Positions 27,149-37,834 of a stretch of 64,000 bases of DNA are shown here, piece after piece. The notes under the pieces were generated by a model that searched no databases, was not told the origin of the DNA, and worked only from the letters and a program-made list of their open reading frames with translations. How positions within the stretch are numbered: the stretch's first letter is position 1; every line of letters starts with the position of its first letter. The stretch covers positions 32,001-96,000 of the forward strand of contig JBJKRI010000005.1 in the NCBI GenBank assembly GCA_046704725.1, read 5' to 3'. Source of the DNA: Candidatus Woesearchaeota archaeon. Its GTDB lineage: Archaea; Nanobdellota; Nanobdellia; Woesearchaeales; SKIA01. The position numbers and the translations under genes were made by a program.

Positions 27149-27760
27149 ATGGCAGAAGAAGAAATCACCGAGAACACGCTCGTGCCGCAGGAGACCTACC
27201 TGAAGGCCGGCATCCACATCGGGACCAAGTTCAAGACGAAGTACATGGCGCCGTTCATCTACAAGACGCGGCCGGACGGACTGTCCGTGCTCGACATCGG
27301 CGCCATCGACGCGCGATTGCGCGTGCTCGCGAAGTTCCTCTCGCGGTACGACCCCGAGGATATCCTTGTCGTGAGCCGCCGCGAGAACGGCTGGAAGCCG
27401 ATACGCATGCTCGAGAAAGTCACGGGCATCCGCGCGCACGCCGGACGCTACCCGCCGGGCATGCTCACGAACTCGCAACTGCGCAACTACGAGGAGGCCA
27501 AGGTCATCGTCGTGACCGACGCGTGGCCCGACAGGAACGCGGTGAAGGACGCACTGCTCGTCGGCATCCCCGTCGTGGCGTTGTGCGACTCGAACAACAC
27601 CGCGAACAACGTGGACCTGTGCGTGCCGTGCAACAACAAGGGAAAGAAATCGCTGGGACTCTTGTTCTGGATACTCGCGAACGAGTACCTGCGCGAGAAG
27701 GGACAGCTCAAGGCCGGCGAGACGATCCCGTACACGGCCGACGACTTCACTGAGGACTGA
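27149..27760 (+). CDS. rps2: 30S ribosomal protein S2 (archaeal type)
   Basis: YLKAGIHIGTK; RPDGLSVLD; GRYPPGMLTN; PCNNKGKKSL. Confidence 0.97.
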   Translation: MAEEEITENTLVPQETYLKAGIHIGTKFKTKYMAPFIYKTRPDGLSVLDIGAIDARLRVLAKFLSRYDPEDILVVSRRENGWKPIRMLEKVTGIRAHAGRYPPGMLTNSQLRNYEEAKVIVVTDAWPDRNAVKDALLVGIPVVALCDSNNTANNVDLCVPCNNKGKKSLGLLFWILANEYLREKGQLKAGETIPYTADDFTED

Positions 27761-27770
27761 ATCCCTCGAT

Positions 27771-27780
27771 TCTTTTTTTT
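27771..27780 (+). terminator. Oligo-T archaeal terminator after rps2
   Basis: TCTTTTTTTT immediately downstream of the stop codon. Confidence 0.5.
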
Positions 27781-27845
27781 AAATCACCATACTTTTTTAT
27801 ACCTGCCTTGGAGAGGCTTCTTGAAGGGGTGAGTGGGGAAGACAC

Positions 27846-28796
27846 ATGGCAGAACCGCTCGAAAATCTCGCATTCTCGCACCTGAGGCAAATGGAATATC
27901 CCGGACGCATCGTGGCGTTCGTGGGGCACCCGGAGGACCGTAATCTGGCGATCGGAGTGTATGGGGTGACGGGCCGTAGCCCGTCCAGCAAGTTCCGCGA
28001 GCTTCCCTGGGGAAAAGGGGACGTCATTGTGCGCGTGGACCACCCACCGATTGAGACCGAGGAGCAACAGGGGTGGGTCGATGGCGGAAACCCCGCACTC
28101 ATATACTACGACGCGATCGAAAAAATCGCCAATACGCTTGTCGTGACGAACGGTCGCCAGACATCGCTCATCGCCGAATCCGCCTGGTCGAACCACAATC
28201 CCACCATGGTGAAGCTCGAAGATGCGCTCATGCACGAGCACGTGCTCCACGAGGAGGGACACGCTCCGGTCGATGTGGCTTCCTATGAGCCGGACGCTCC
28301 GACCTATACCCCCCGCGTGAGCGGGATCATCGATGGGGATCGCAATTTCGCGCTCATCACCACAAGCAAGTACGATGCAGCGGTGCATGGGGAACAAAAG
28401 ATCTTCGAGCGTCCGGACAGGAACAAACTAACACTGATACGACGTTTCCGCTCGTACGCGACGGACCGGCCGTGGAATGTCCTTGTCGGCGGTCCGCTTC
28501 GCGAGCACAACGGAATGGGCATCATGACCTACGAGGGGCATAATGTCCCTCGAGGGGAGCCGATCCCGAGCTTCGTGGAGCCCTACTTCCCGGTCGATGG
28601 GACCTTCAGGTCAGCGAAGCAGGCGGCGCAGGCGCTCTGGGACGCGCTCGCTCCGCAGGAGGACCCGCGCTTCCTGCCGAAGGGGGCGGATGTCCGTGTC
28701 GGAGTAGCCGCCGTGGTCTACAACATGATTTCCGGAAGAGTGAGGGAGGCAGCGAAGATCGACCATCGCGGCATGGATGCGAAGAGTTTCATCTAG
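27846..28796 (+). CDS. IMP cyclohydrolase-like (Ntn-fold) protein
   Basis: YPGR; YGVTGRSPSS; LIYY; VVTNGRQT; YEPDAPTYTPRVSG. Confidence 0.75.
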   Translation: MAEPLENLAFSHLRQMEYPGRIVAFVGHPEDRNLAIGVYGVTGRSPSSKFRELPWGKGDVIVRVDHPPIETEEQQGWVDGGNPALIYYDAIEKIANTLVVTNGRQTSLIAESAWSNHNPTMVKLEDALMHEHVLHEEGHAPVDVASYEPDAPTYTPRVSGIIDGDRNFALITTSKYDAAVHGEQKIFERPDRNKLTLIRRFRSYATDRPWNVLVGGPLREHNGMGIMTYEGHNVPRGEPIPSFVEPYFPVDGTFRSAKQAAQALWDALAPQEDPRFLPKGADVRVGVAAVVYNMISGRVREAAKIDHRGMDAKSFI

Positions 28797-29443
28797 GCCG
28801 ATTCGTGGATGCCGACGTTGTCGATGAAGAAGCCGCAGCGCTTGTCCGGCGGCAGGAAACGGCTCTTGGTGACGATCGCTGCGCGCCCGTCGTCGTTCTG
28901 CAGCTCGACGAGGCACTTGGAGTAGTACTTGACGATATCGCCGCCGACGACTTTGACGCCGTCTCCTTCCAGGTCGGCATACACTTGAGAGGTCATCAGG
29001 ACGGGGATGTCGTTGTCTGCTGCCACAGCGTGCAGGGTGTTCACCTGCTTCGATAATTCGTTGTTCACGTCCTTGACGTTTCGCGCAAGAGCGGCCCGGT
29101 ATTGCGTGGCGATGCCGTCCACGATCACCAATTCGACGCCTTTCATCATGGCCGGCAATCGCTCGACGACCTGGCACTGCTGCTCGAACGACGAGACCTT
29201 GAGGACGATGATGCGGTCCAATAGCCCTTCCACGCCGGGCGCGAGCTGCGACAGCCGATCCACGGAGAAGCTGCCCTCGGTGTCGATGAAGACCGCTTTT
29301 GTCTCTACTGTCGTCAATGCGAGGAGCATGAGGTTGCTCTTTCCCGAGCCGGCGGGGCCGTAGACCGTTGTGATGATGCCTTTCTCGTAGCCGCCCTGGA
29401 GCAATTCGTCGAAGACGGGGCTTCCGGTGGGACGGCGTTCCAT
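28793..29443 (-). CDS. radB: DNA repair protein RadB
   Basis: GGYEKGIITTVYGPAGSGKSN; IDTEG; SQVY; KSRFLP basic patch. Confidence 0.92.
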   Translation of the reverse strand: MERRPTGSPVFDELLQGGYEKGIITTVYGPAGSGKSNLMLLALTTVETKAVFIDTEGSFSVDRLSQLAPGVEGLLDRIIVLKVSSFEQQCQVVERLPAMMKGVELVIVDGIATQYRAALARNVKDVNNELSKQVNTLHAVAADNDIPVLMTSQVYADLEGDGVKVVGGDIVKYYSKCLVELQNDDGRAAIVTKSRFLPPDKRCGFFIDNVGIHESA

Positions 29444-29545
29444 ACATTGCGGGTACTCCTGGCGTTTATGTGTGTTTGGCACCTTTACTTGTTTTCTATA
29501 TAGACAATGCTGTGTCCTTATAAGAAGGAGGCTCTCCACCCCCGC

Positions 29546-30973
29546 ATGCGAAAGAGCGTCGTCATCGCAACGGCAGTCGCCATCGGGCTGGTCATCCGGA
29601 TCATCCTGCTCCTGCAGGCGCCCGGGCTCAGCTACGCGGGATACGACGCGCTCATACAGGTCAAGCACATCCAGGACACCGGACTACCGCTCACGCACTC
29701 ACCAGCGTTCGGAGGCGGCAGCTACGCCCACATGCCATTGTTCTACTACCTGCTCGCCTTCTTCAGCATCCTCATCCCGTCGGGGACAGTGGCGCTCTGG
29801 CTGCCGAACATCCTCATCAGTCTCCTACCGATACCGGTCTACCTGCTCGCCAAAGAACTCACCCCGCACGACAGCGCGGTCGCCGCGGTCACGCTCGCAA
29901 GCCCGTTCGTACCCCTGCTGTACAGCGCGACCGTGATCGACGCGACACCGCTCACACTAGCGATACCATTGCTCCTGCTCACCTACTACTACTTCATCCG
30001 CCTCTCGAAAACGCCGCGCGACCAGACGCACTTCCTCATCGCGGTCATCGCGCTCACATTCACACATCCCATCGCGCTCATCCTCGTGCCAGCCATGGCG
30101 TTCACCGTCCTATTGACGCGCATCCAGCGCACGCGCTTCTCCCACGCGATGGCCGAAGCGGCGATATTCACCGCCTTCCTCACGATCTGGGCGAACGTGA
30201 TCATCTACAAGCAGGCCCTGGGGTACCACGGCCTCGCCACGCTGACCCTCCAGAACAGCGGCTTCGCGAGCGGAGTCAGCGCGGTCGCGGCGGCGCTCGG
30301 GGTCATCCCCCTGCTCGCGGGAAGCTACGCCGCATACCGCTACCTGCGAGAGGAGCGCAGCGGACCGATGCACGCGGCGGTCGCTCTCGCGCTCGTGACC
30401 GCGGCCCTCATACCCCTCCGGCTCATACCCGCGACGACAGGACTGCTCGTGCTCGGAGCGATGCTCATCGTGCTGTGCGCGCCGGCCATCGGAGAACTGT
30501 ACGAGGCGCAGGCGCGTTCGCGCGCCCCAGGGGTCTATACGGCGGTGCTGCTCCTCGGAATCGCGCTGTTCGCGGTGACCAGCGCCGTTCCGGCAGTGGC
30601 GAGCGGCATCACACCCTTCAACAGCACCGTCACGCCGCAAGACCAGGCCATCACACAACGTATCACGCACTCGGTGCCCGGAGCGACCGTGCTCTGGGAC
30701 GAGCAGCATGGGTACTATCTCGAATACAACGGCCTGCACCCGTTGCTCGTGACGGACCAGCGCGCGAGCGCGGACAGCCGGACCGTCCTGTCGCAGGTCA
30801 GCTCTCTACAGCAAGCGAAGAGCGACATCGCAATCCTGCGCGTGCTCCAGCAGTACCACGTCAACGTGCTCGTCCTATCGAGGAACAGCACGCTCCCGCT
30901 CAGCGAGCGCTGCTTCGCCCCGCTGTACAAGAACGAAATGGAGGTGTATCACGTCCAATGCGTGGTCCAGTAA
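29546..30973 (+). CDS. GT-C-like polytopic membrane glycosyltransferase
   Basis: GYD...HIQDTG; PLFYYLLA; many TMs; C-terminal soluble domain. Confidence 0.65.
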   Translation: MRKSVVIATAVAIGLVIRIILLLQAPGLSYAGYDALIQVKHIQDTGLPLTHSPAFGGGSYAHMPLFYYLLAFFSILIPSGTVALWLPNILISLLPIPVYLLAKELTPHDSAVAAVTLASPFVPLLYSATVIDATPLTLAIPLLLLTYYYFIRLSKTPRDQTHFLIAVIALTFTHPIALILVPAMAFTVLLTRIQRTRFSHAMAEAAIFTAFLTIWANVIIYKQALGYHGLATLTLQNSGFASGVSAVAAALGVIPLLAGSYAAYRYLREERSGPMHAAVALALVTAALIPLRLIPATTGLLVLGAMLIVLCAPAIGELYEAQARSRAPGVYTAVLLLGIALFAVTSAVPAVASGITPFNSTVTPQDQAITQRITHSVPGATVLWDEQHGYYLEYNGLHPLLVTDQRASADSRTVLSQVSSLQQAKSDIAILRVLQQYHVNVLVLSRNSTLPLSERCFAPLYKNEMEVYHVQCVVQ

Positions 30974-32082
30974 TCCTGCTCGGAGCGGTCGTCGCGCTCT
31001 TCGTCGCGGCAGCACGGGCGATGACACGGCCGTTCTTCGCACCAGAGAGCGTGTACGCCACGCTGCCGGTGACCATCACGCACGCCCAACTCTATGTAGG
31101 CATCCGATTGGCACTGTTCCTGCTCCTCATCGCGACCGTCTACCTCATCTACAGGAAATACGACTTCCCAGACGAAGGGCTGCTCGTCCTCATCGCATCG
31201 CCGGCATTCCTCATCGCACCCATCGGGACGGACCTGGGGCTCGGAGTAGCCCTGCTCGTGGCCGCAGGGGTGCTCGCGTGGGAGAGCAACATCCTGCTCG
31301 TCATCATCGCTGCGCTGCTGGCGCTGATGCACCCCGTCGGTTGGCTGCTCGCCCTGCTCGCGGTCCCCGCACTGTTCCTGCGCAAGGCGTGGCCGCATCT
31401 TCTCGTGCTCGTCCTCGCGCTCGCTGCAGGGGTGTACACGCACGGCGTGACAGTAGCTATCGAGCTCGGGGTCTCGGAGATCGGGGCGCTGGGAGCGCCG
31501 AGCGTCTTCATCAGCCTGCTCGCCATAATGGGCGTGCTGAGCGCTTGGCGCCCACGCACGTATCCGCGGCTGCTCATCGCCAGCGTCGCTGTCGCGGGGG
31601 GGATGCTGATACCCGGCCTGCGGTTGTCCGCGGCCATCGGCGCCGCCATCCTCGCGGGATACGCCGTCCAGGAACTCCGCGAACGGCACTGGCGCCTCGA
31701 AGGCATACGCAACATCAGTCTGCTTTTCGTGGTGCTCGGACTCGTCTTTACGGCCGCGAGCACCGGAGCCCAGGCCGTTCGCAGCGAACCGTCACCAGGG
31801 ATGCTCAGCGCGGCGCAGTTCCTGCGGCAAGCGCCGCCCGGCGCGGTCTTCGCGCTCCCGCAGCACGTGGCGACGCTGCGCTGGTACGGCATCGATGCGA
31901 CCTCAGCGAATCTCGACACCATCCTCGCATCACGCAACCTCGACGTGGTCGGACCGCTCCTGCCGAAGTACGTGCTGCTCGCGCGCAACGACCAGGCGCC
32001 GGCGCTGCGGTTCCTCATAGAGAACACGAACGGTTTCCAGAGAATCCATTCTGGCGACTATGACATCTGGGAGGTGGTCTGA
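30958..32082 (+). CDS. Polytopic membrane protein (GT-C-like)
   Basis: Multiple TMs; C-terminal AQFLRQAPPGAVF-type domain; coupled to neighbours. Confidence 0.55.
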   Translation: MRGPVILLGAVVALFVAAARAMTRPFFAPESVYATLPVTITHAQLYVGIRLALFLLLIATVYLIYRKYDFPDEGLLVLIASPAFLIAPIGTDLGLGVALLVAAGVLAWESNILLVIIAALLALMHPVGWLLALLAVPALFLRKAWPHLLVLVLALAAGVYTHGVTVAIELGVSEIGALGAPSVFISLLAIMGVLSAWRPRTYPRLLIASVAVAGGMLIPGLRLSAAIGAAILAGYAVQELRERHWRLEGIRNISLLFVVLGLVFTAASTGAQAVRSEPSPGMLSAAQFLRQAPPGAVFALPQHVATLRWYGIDATSANLDTILASRNLDVVGPLLPKYVLLARNDQAPALRFLIENTNGFQRIHSGDYDIWEVV

Positions 32083-32798
32083 TGCGCGTCAGCGTGATCA
32101 TACCGGCGCTCAACGAGGAGCGGACACTGCCGCTCCTTCTCGAGAGCCTGCACAATCAGACGCGTCCCCCCGAAGAGATTATCGTGGCGGTCAGCCCGAA
32201 GAGTAGCGACGGCACACGCGAGGTGGCGAAGCGGGCAGGAGTCACGGTCGTGGAAGGGGGCATGCCCGCGGAAGCGCGCAACGCCGGTGCGGAACGCGCG
32301 ACGGGCAACCTTTTAGTCTTCATGGACGCCGACGTGCAGTGCGGCAGCGAGGACTTCTTGGAGCGCGCGGAAAAAGAGATGCGCGAGCGCGGGCTGGAGG
32401 TGGCTGTGTGCGACCAACACACTGCGGGACCGCTCAAGGGACGCGCGTTCCTGGGCATCAGCAATCTTGTCGTGCGCGCCGGATCGCTCCTCCGCTCTCC
32501 GTTCGCCATCGGGACGTGCATGTTCGCGACCCGCGACGCCTTCGAGGATATCGGGGGATTCGACGCCACGATCACGCTGTTCGAGGACTCGGAGTTCGTC
32601 CAGCGGGCGCACAAGAAGGGGAAGCGGCTGCGCGTGCTCTCGCGCAGGACGCACATCGTGCCCGACACGCGTCGGTTGTCCAAGCGCGGCCTATGGGGGA
32701 CGTTGCTCTTCTCGGTGCGCGTGCAGATGCACCGGCTACGTCACGGCGAGCTGCGGGACATGGAGCTCGACCCAGAGTACTTCGAGCACGAAAACTGA
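32082..32798 (+). CDS. Glycosyltransferase family 2
   Basis: VSVIIPALNEE; ARNAGA; FMDAD; GGFD; ED. Confidence 0.9.
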   Translation: MRVSVIIPALNEERTLPLLLESLHNQTRPPEEIIVAVSPKSSDGTREVAKRAGVTVVEGGMPAEARNAGAERATGNLLVFMDADVQCGSEDFLERAEKEMRERGLEVAVCDQHTAGPLKGRAFLGISNLVVRAGSLLRSPFAIGTCMFATRDAFEDIGGFDATITLFEDSEFVQRAHKKGKRLRVLSRRTHIVPDTRRLSKRGLWGTLLFSVRVQMHRLRHGELRDMELDPEYFEHEN

Positions 32799-32799
32799 A

Positions 32800-33543
32800 T
32801 CAGGTCGTGTTGGTCGCGTTCGTGGCGTTCAGGGTGTCGCGGGTCGGGATGCCGGCCTGGGTGCAATACGTGCTGTTGACGAGATACTTGCAGACGTGCT
32901 CGAGAATGAACTTCTTGTCCTGCATGCCGCAATACGGGTGCTCCTCGATGACCACGCACGGGTATTGTGTGATGTTGTAGTATTGCGTGAGCAGATTGAT
33001 GGTCTGGATTCCCAGGTCCTCGTCGTAGCTGAAGATGCTCACCTGCGAACCGAGATCGTGGTTGATGTCGGTGAGGACGAACGACTGGTCATCGCACTTC
33101 GGACAGGCGGATGCATTCTTGTAGTAGTACGAGACGACGACCTGGTCGCCGTAGTTGCAGGTCTTCTTGAGCTTGGTGAGCAGCATCATGTAGACGACCT
33201 CGTTCTCGTTGAAGATCTTCTTCTGCTGGATGTAGAACGGATCGGTCTGGAACTGCTCGCTGGCGGCGCGGTACTCGTCGAGCTTGACCCCGAGATTCCA
33301 GATGCTCTTGTCCAAGTCTCGCAGCTTATTGCGGAATGCGAGGCACGCCATGCCGTTTCCGTAGGTGTCCGACATGAGGAAGAACGTCTGGATGTCGTTG
33401 ATGTCGTTGTACATCTTCTGGACCTCTCCGTTGATGTACGCCTGCCGCGAGTTGTCGAACTGCTTGCCGATGAGCAGTATCCCTCCGAGAAGGAGTATTG
33501 TTATGCCGAGCGCCGCGAGAGCGATCTGCCACTTCACTTCCAT
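32800..33543 (-). CDS. Membrane-anchored protein with thioredoxin-like CxxC domain
   Basis: N-terminal TM; CPKCDDQSFVL; YNITQYP. Confidence 0.65.
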   Translation of the reverse strand: MEVKWQIALAALGITILLLGGILLIGKQFDNSRQAYINGEVQKMYNDINDIQTFFLMSDTYGNGMACLAFRNKLRDLDKSIWNLGVKLDEYRAASEQFQTDPFYIQQKKIFNENEVVYMMLLTKLKKTCNYGDQVVVSYYYKNASACPKCDDQSFVLTDINHDLGSQVSIFSYDEDLGIQTINLLTQYYNITQYPCVVIEEHPYCGMQDKKFILEHVCKYLVNSTYCTQAGIPTRDTLNATNATNTT

Positions 33544-34766
33544 TTGACTTTCTTCCCCCGGACTGCGTTCCACACCGCGGATATCCAGAACACCTGGTAC
33601 AAGAAGAACAGGAGCGGATAGCCGATGATGCCGAGCTTCCGGTCCCTGAACCGCTTGTTGGCGTACGCCAATCCCATGAACATGCTGACGATCGTCGCGA
33701 GGAACGCTGTGATCCCGATCATGTTGATGTTGCCGACCTGGAGCAGATCGATGTTGAAGGTGATGTGATCGAGAAAATTGAATCCAGTGTACTGGATGTT
33801 GAAGAGGAACTGGACGACCTGCGATAGCGAGAGGTAGACTCCGGCGATGAACAATGCGAGGCCGAGGAAGATGATGAGATAGTTGATGGGAACCACATAG
33901 GCGAACATGCCGTACCGCCTGTCGAAGAGCATGGAGCGATGCTGGTTGAGCGTCTGCAACGCGCCCGTATACCAGCGCCGGCGCTGCTTGTACAGGCCGC
34001 TGAACGTCGGCGGGATGTAGGTGCGAACCTTCGCCTCCATGCACGTGGCGATACGGTAGTGCGCTTTCTGCAGGCGATAGGCGATCTCCAGGTCCTCGGT
34101 GATATTGTTGGCGTCAAAGCCGCCGATGTGCCTGAGAGCCGTGGCGCGATAGATGGAGAACGGGCCGGGTGTGACGAAGACGCTGTCGAAGAACGAGAAG
34201 ACCTTCAGGAACAACGACAATCCGATGATGTACTCGATGTCGAAGATGCGGTGCAAGAAGCGCTTCTTCTCGGCGACCTCGACGGTGATGGTGACCGCGC
34301 CCACGCGCTTGCCGCGGAAGTACGGCAACGCCTTCTCGAAGACGTCGGGCTCGACCATGCTATCAGCGTCCATGCAAGCGACGAACTGCCCTTGCGCCAG
34401 GTCGATCCCCTGGTTGAGCGTGGCGGCCTTGCCCTTGTTCTCGGTGTTGTCGACGAAGCGGAAACGAGGATCGCCTTGTATGGCGCGTCGCACCGCGTCT
34501 CCCGTACCGTCGCTGCTGCCATCGCTGAGGACGATGAACTCGACCTTGGGATAGGTGATCTTCTGGAGGCTCTCGATGGTGTGCGCGATGGTCTTCTCCT
34601 CGTTGTAGGCGGGGACGATGACCGAGACGCTCGGGCGCCACTTGCCCAGCGAACGCTTCTCGAAGAGCTTGTCCTTGCCGATGATGAGGGCCAACAGCAG
34701 GAAGACGACATAGTACGTGGCGCAGAACCAGACCATGTAGACGAAAGCGTTGTAGAGGGGCGTCAC
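33534..34766 (-). CDS. Processive GT2 glycosyltransferase (PgaC/IcaA/cellulose-synthase-like)
   Basis: PAYNEE; DGSSD; GKA; DAD; TED; QRRRW; C-terminal TMs. Confidence 0.9.
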   Translation of the reverse strand: MTPLYNAFVYMVWFCATYYVVFLLLALIIGKDKLFEKRSLGKWRPSVSVIVPAYNEEKTIAHTIESLQKITYPKVEFIVLSDGSSDGTGDAVRRAIQGDPRFRFVDNTENKGKAATLNQGIDLAQGQFVACMDADSMVEPDVFEKALPYFRGKRVGAVTITVEVAEKKRFLHRIFDIEYIIGLSLFLKVFSFFDSVFVTPGPFSIYRATALRHIGGFDANNITEDLEIAYRLQKAHYRIATCMEAKVRTYIPPTFSGLYKQRRRWYTGALQTLNQHRSMLFDRRYGMFAYVVPINYLIIFLGLALFIAGVYLSLSQVVQFLFNIQYTGFNFLDHITFNIDLLQVGNINMIGITAFLATIVSMFMGLAYANKRFRDRKLGIIGYPLLFFLYQVFWISAVWNAVRGKKVKWK

Positions 34767-34925
34767 GCGTCAGTAAAGCCAGAATTCATTTATAAAGCTT
34801 GGTGTGCTTGGAGGGCTGAATAAACGCTATTCGACGATGTGCGGCCTTTTTTGGCGATAACAGGCGCATCCCCTCCGGACAAAGAGGAGGAGCCCTTATA
34901 TACCCTGCACAAGTCGCTAGGAACC

Positions 34926-36389
34926 GTGGCGAAGGACCGGAGCTCGCTGATACTGCTCGGCGGGATCGTGGTATACGCGATCCTCAAGATCGTGCTGCTC
35001 TTGCGTTACCACCAAGTACAGTGGGACGAAGCGGTCTTCCTCACCATGGGGAAATACCTCGTCACCGGGGGCGCCCAGGGATACTGGGAAGCGCTGCGCC
35101 CGCCATTGCTCCCCGTGCTGCTCAGCGGGCTGCAGGCCGTCGGGAATCCTGTGGTGATTGCGGAGCTTCTCATCGCCGCCATGGGAGCCGTCGCGTCCTA
35201 TCTGCTGTACGACCTGCTCAAGGAGTATGTGCGCCCGACAATCGCGGCGCTGGCCGCGGTGACGCTCTTGTTCTCGACGACCTGGTTCTGGTACGGGAGC
35301 ATGATCATGGAAGGGGTGCCGAGCGCCTTTCTCATCCTCCTCGCTGTCTGGCTGCACAGAAGGAAGCGCTTCGGACTCTCGGGAATGGTCGCCGCAGGAG
35401 CGTTCCTCACGCGCTTTCCAGCGGGACTCGTGCTCGTGGGCATCGCCGCGCACCACGCCTACCTGCTCTGGAGAGAGTGGCCGACGCGCGAACGGACAGA
35501 ACGCATCCGGGACGCCGTCTTGTTCGGCATCGGCTTCGCCGTGCCCGTCATCGCCTGGCTCATCCTGAACGCAGCATTGTGGGCGCCGCGCTACGGCCTC
35601 TTGCGCGGAGCGCTTTATCCCATCCTCGCGGGAGCGGGCAACGTCTTCACGCAGAACCTCTGGCTGCGCGCAGGGGAGTGGTGGTACTACCTGTGGGGGT
35701 TGCTCTTGGGACTGCCCATCAGCGTGCTCGCACTCTTCGGGGTCACCGAATTGCGGAAAAAGGACGCCTTGGTGCCCGTGGCGATCACAGGCATCCTCGC
35801 GCTCGTGTTCTTCAGCGCTATCGCGGACAAGCAGCTGCGATTCCTCATCATCGTGCTCCCAGGAATCCTCGCGCTCGTCGCCTTGGGAGCGGATAGGCTC
35901 TATCGCGTCGGGAGATACGCTCCGACGATCATTATCGCGCTCTTGGCGCTCAGCGGTATCGTGCTCGCCGTACAGGACGCCCGGATGATCCAGCAGCGCC
36001 CCGTCGCCCCGACACCCATCCTCTCCTACTACACCTACGCGCAACGGCATCCCCTGCCGGGCCTTGTCGCGGTGAGCGACCCGGGAGCGGCGTGGCAGAG
36101 CCCGAACCCTGCCATACCGACGTACTTCGAGTTCCTGCCCAACCTGCGCGCGGCAATCGCGCTGAACGCGAGCACCATATTCTTCGTGCCGTTCCAGCAA
36201 GCGTGCGATCCGGGTGATGCACAGTGCGCGAAGACTCTGCGCGCGGACGAGATCCTGCTCGAGAACCAGTACGTCCTGGTCTACCAGCAACGATACCAGG
36301 GGCGCGGCTACTACGTCTTCCGCAAGGGCGGGAAGGCGCTGCCGCTCGACATGTTCGAGAATGAGACAGGGCTCACCGCTTCTTCATGA
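34926..36389 (+). CDS. ArnT/PMT-like (GT39) membrane glycosyltransferase
   Basis: WDEAVF; RPPLLP; LTRFP; KQLRF; many TMs; start uncertain. Confidence 0.8.
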   Translation: MAKDRSSLILLGGIVVYAILKIVLLLRYHQVQWDEAVFLTMGKYLVTGGAQGYWEALRPPLLPVLLSGLQAVGNPVVIAELLIAAMGAVASYLLYDLLKEYVRPTIAALAAVTLLFSTTWFWYGSMIMEGVPSAFLILLAVWLHRRKRFGLSGMVAAGAFLTRFPAGLVLVGIAAHHAYLLWREWPTRERTERIRDAVLFGIGFAVPVIAWLILNAALWAPRYGLLRGALYPILAGAGNVFTQNLWLRAGEWWYYLWGLLLGLPISVLALFGVTELRKKDALVPVAITGILALVFFSAIADKQLRFLIIVLPGILALVALGADRLYRVGRYAPTIIIALLALSGIVLAVQDARMIQQRPVAPTPILSYYTYAQRHPLPGLVAVSDPGAAWQSPNPAIPTYFEFLPNLRAAIALNASTIFFVPFQQACDPGDAQCAKTLRADEILLENQYVLVYQQRYQGRGYYVFRKGGKALPLDMFENETGLTASS

Positions 36390-36798
36390 GGTCGCCGATG
36401 GTCATGCCAGCGCCCGGAGCGTTGAACGTGGACGTGTCCGGCGCCTCCATCTCCTGGACGAGCGAGACGCCGAGGCGTTTTTCGAGGGTGCGCGCCATCT
36501 CAAGCGTCGGGGTGCGATGACCGGTCTCCCACGCGTGGAGGTCGGACTCCTTGACGGCGAGCATGCGCGCGAGGTCCTTCTGGGAGAGGTCCTTGCGCTC
36601 GCGGGCAGAACGGATGATATTGGATGCGTCAGAGCGGACGACGAGATCCTTCTTGGCCCCCTTGGTCCGCGCTCTCGGTGCCTGTCGCTCGTGGATGACC
36701 TCGCCGTAGGACGCGCACTGGGCGCAGACGCGGTACGTCACGCCCTCGATGCGCGCGAGCACGGTCGCGCCCTGGGCCCCGCAGAGGTCACACGCCAT
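36373..36798 (-). CDS. mbf1: Multiprotein bridging factor aMBF1
   Basis: CDLCG...VCAQCASYG zinc ribbon plus HTH (LSQKDLA...WETG), TIGD tail. Confidence 0.92.
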   Translation of the reverse strand: MACDLCGAQGATVLARIEGVTYRVCAQCASYGEVIHERQAPRARTKGAKKDLVVRSDASNIIRSARERKDLSQKDLARMLAVKESDLHAWETGHRTPTLEMARTLEKRLGVSLVQEMEAPDTSTFNAPGAGMTIGDLMKKR

Positions 36799-37834
36799 AG
36801 CGCACCACCCGTACCGGGAGCTTTCCGGAATACACCACGCTCGTCCCATGGGAAGTGAGCTTATATGTCTTCGCGTAGCGCTCGACGGCTGCGAGGGTCT
36901 CTTCGGTGAGGCACGCGACGAGCAGCTCTCCGCCCTTCTTGAGCACGAAGGCCGCCTGGTAGCAGAGCTCGCGCAGGTGCGTGTCCTCGGGGTTGCGGTG
37001 CGTGACTGGAGGTGGGATGGTGACGATCGCGTCGATCGCTTTTGCCTCGAACTTGACGTCCATCCACTCCGGATCCAGCTTGCTGAAGGTGATGGCTTTT
37101 TCCACGCCCGCGAGCTTGGCGTTTTTCTTGCAGCTACGCAGGTTACCGAGTTGGGGATCGAAGCACCAGACCGCGTGCGTCTCTTTCTGCTCATCGATGA
37201 ACGCGTCCTTCCGCTGATCCTCGAGCACGTCGATACGCTCGTGCTTGCGGAAGAGGAGCGGCGAGGTGCTGGTGGCGCGTAACGCGGCCTCGATAGCGAC
37301 CTCGCCCGTGTTGCCGAACGGATCGAGGATAGCTGATGGAGGGAGCATCCAGACCAAGGCCGCGGCGAGCGTGCCCTTGGGCGAGGTGCGTCCGGTGAAG
37401 ACGCGATAGTAACGCTTGCTCAGGTCGCCGGCGACATCGATGCCGCACAGGCAGGTCTTCCCGACCTGGCAGAACAATACGTGCTGCGGCTTCGACAGGT
37501 CCACGGGGCGCTGGATGCGGCCGCCCAAGGAGGCGGCGAGGTCCACGCTGTTGCCTTCCCCGCCATGGACGATGTCGCACTCGGCCTTGAAGGTCTCATC
37601 CTTCGGAATGAGTTCTTCCACCTTTCCGAGGTCGAGGGAATCGAAAGGTCCGTGCGAGACCGCGGCGAGCAATCGCGTGGCCGTCTGGAGATGATAGAGC
37701 AGATGGGTCGCCTTCTTCTTATCGGCCTGGAAGGCGCAGCCGCCTTGGAGCCTCTCGCAGGAGACGCCATGGCTCTCCAACTCGTTCGCGAGCGCCTCTT
37801 CCGCTCCGATGTGCGTGAGGGCATACCATTCCAT
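36788..37834 (-). CDS. THUMP-domain tRNA methyltransferase-like protein
   Basis: VDLSKP; DLSKRYYRVF; ILDPFGNTGEVAIEAA; SAM motif degenerate. Confidence 0.75.
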   Translation of the reverse strand: MEWYALTHIGAEEALANELESHGVSCERLQGGCAFQADKKKATHLLYHLQTATRLLAAVSHGPFDSLDLGKVEELIPKDETFKAECDIVHGGEGNSVDLAASLGGRIQRPVDLSKPQHVLFCQVGKTCLCGIDVAGDLSKRYYRVFTGRTSPKGTLAAALVWMLPPSAILDPFGNTGEVAIEAALRATSTSPLLFRKHERIDVLEDQRKDAFIDEQKETHAVWCFDPQLGNLRSCKKNAKLAGVEKAITFSKLDPEWMDVKFEAKAIDAIVTIPPPVTHRNPEDTHLRELCYQAAFVLKKGGELLVACLTEETLAAVERYAKTYKLTSHGTSVVYSGKLPVRVVRYGV

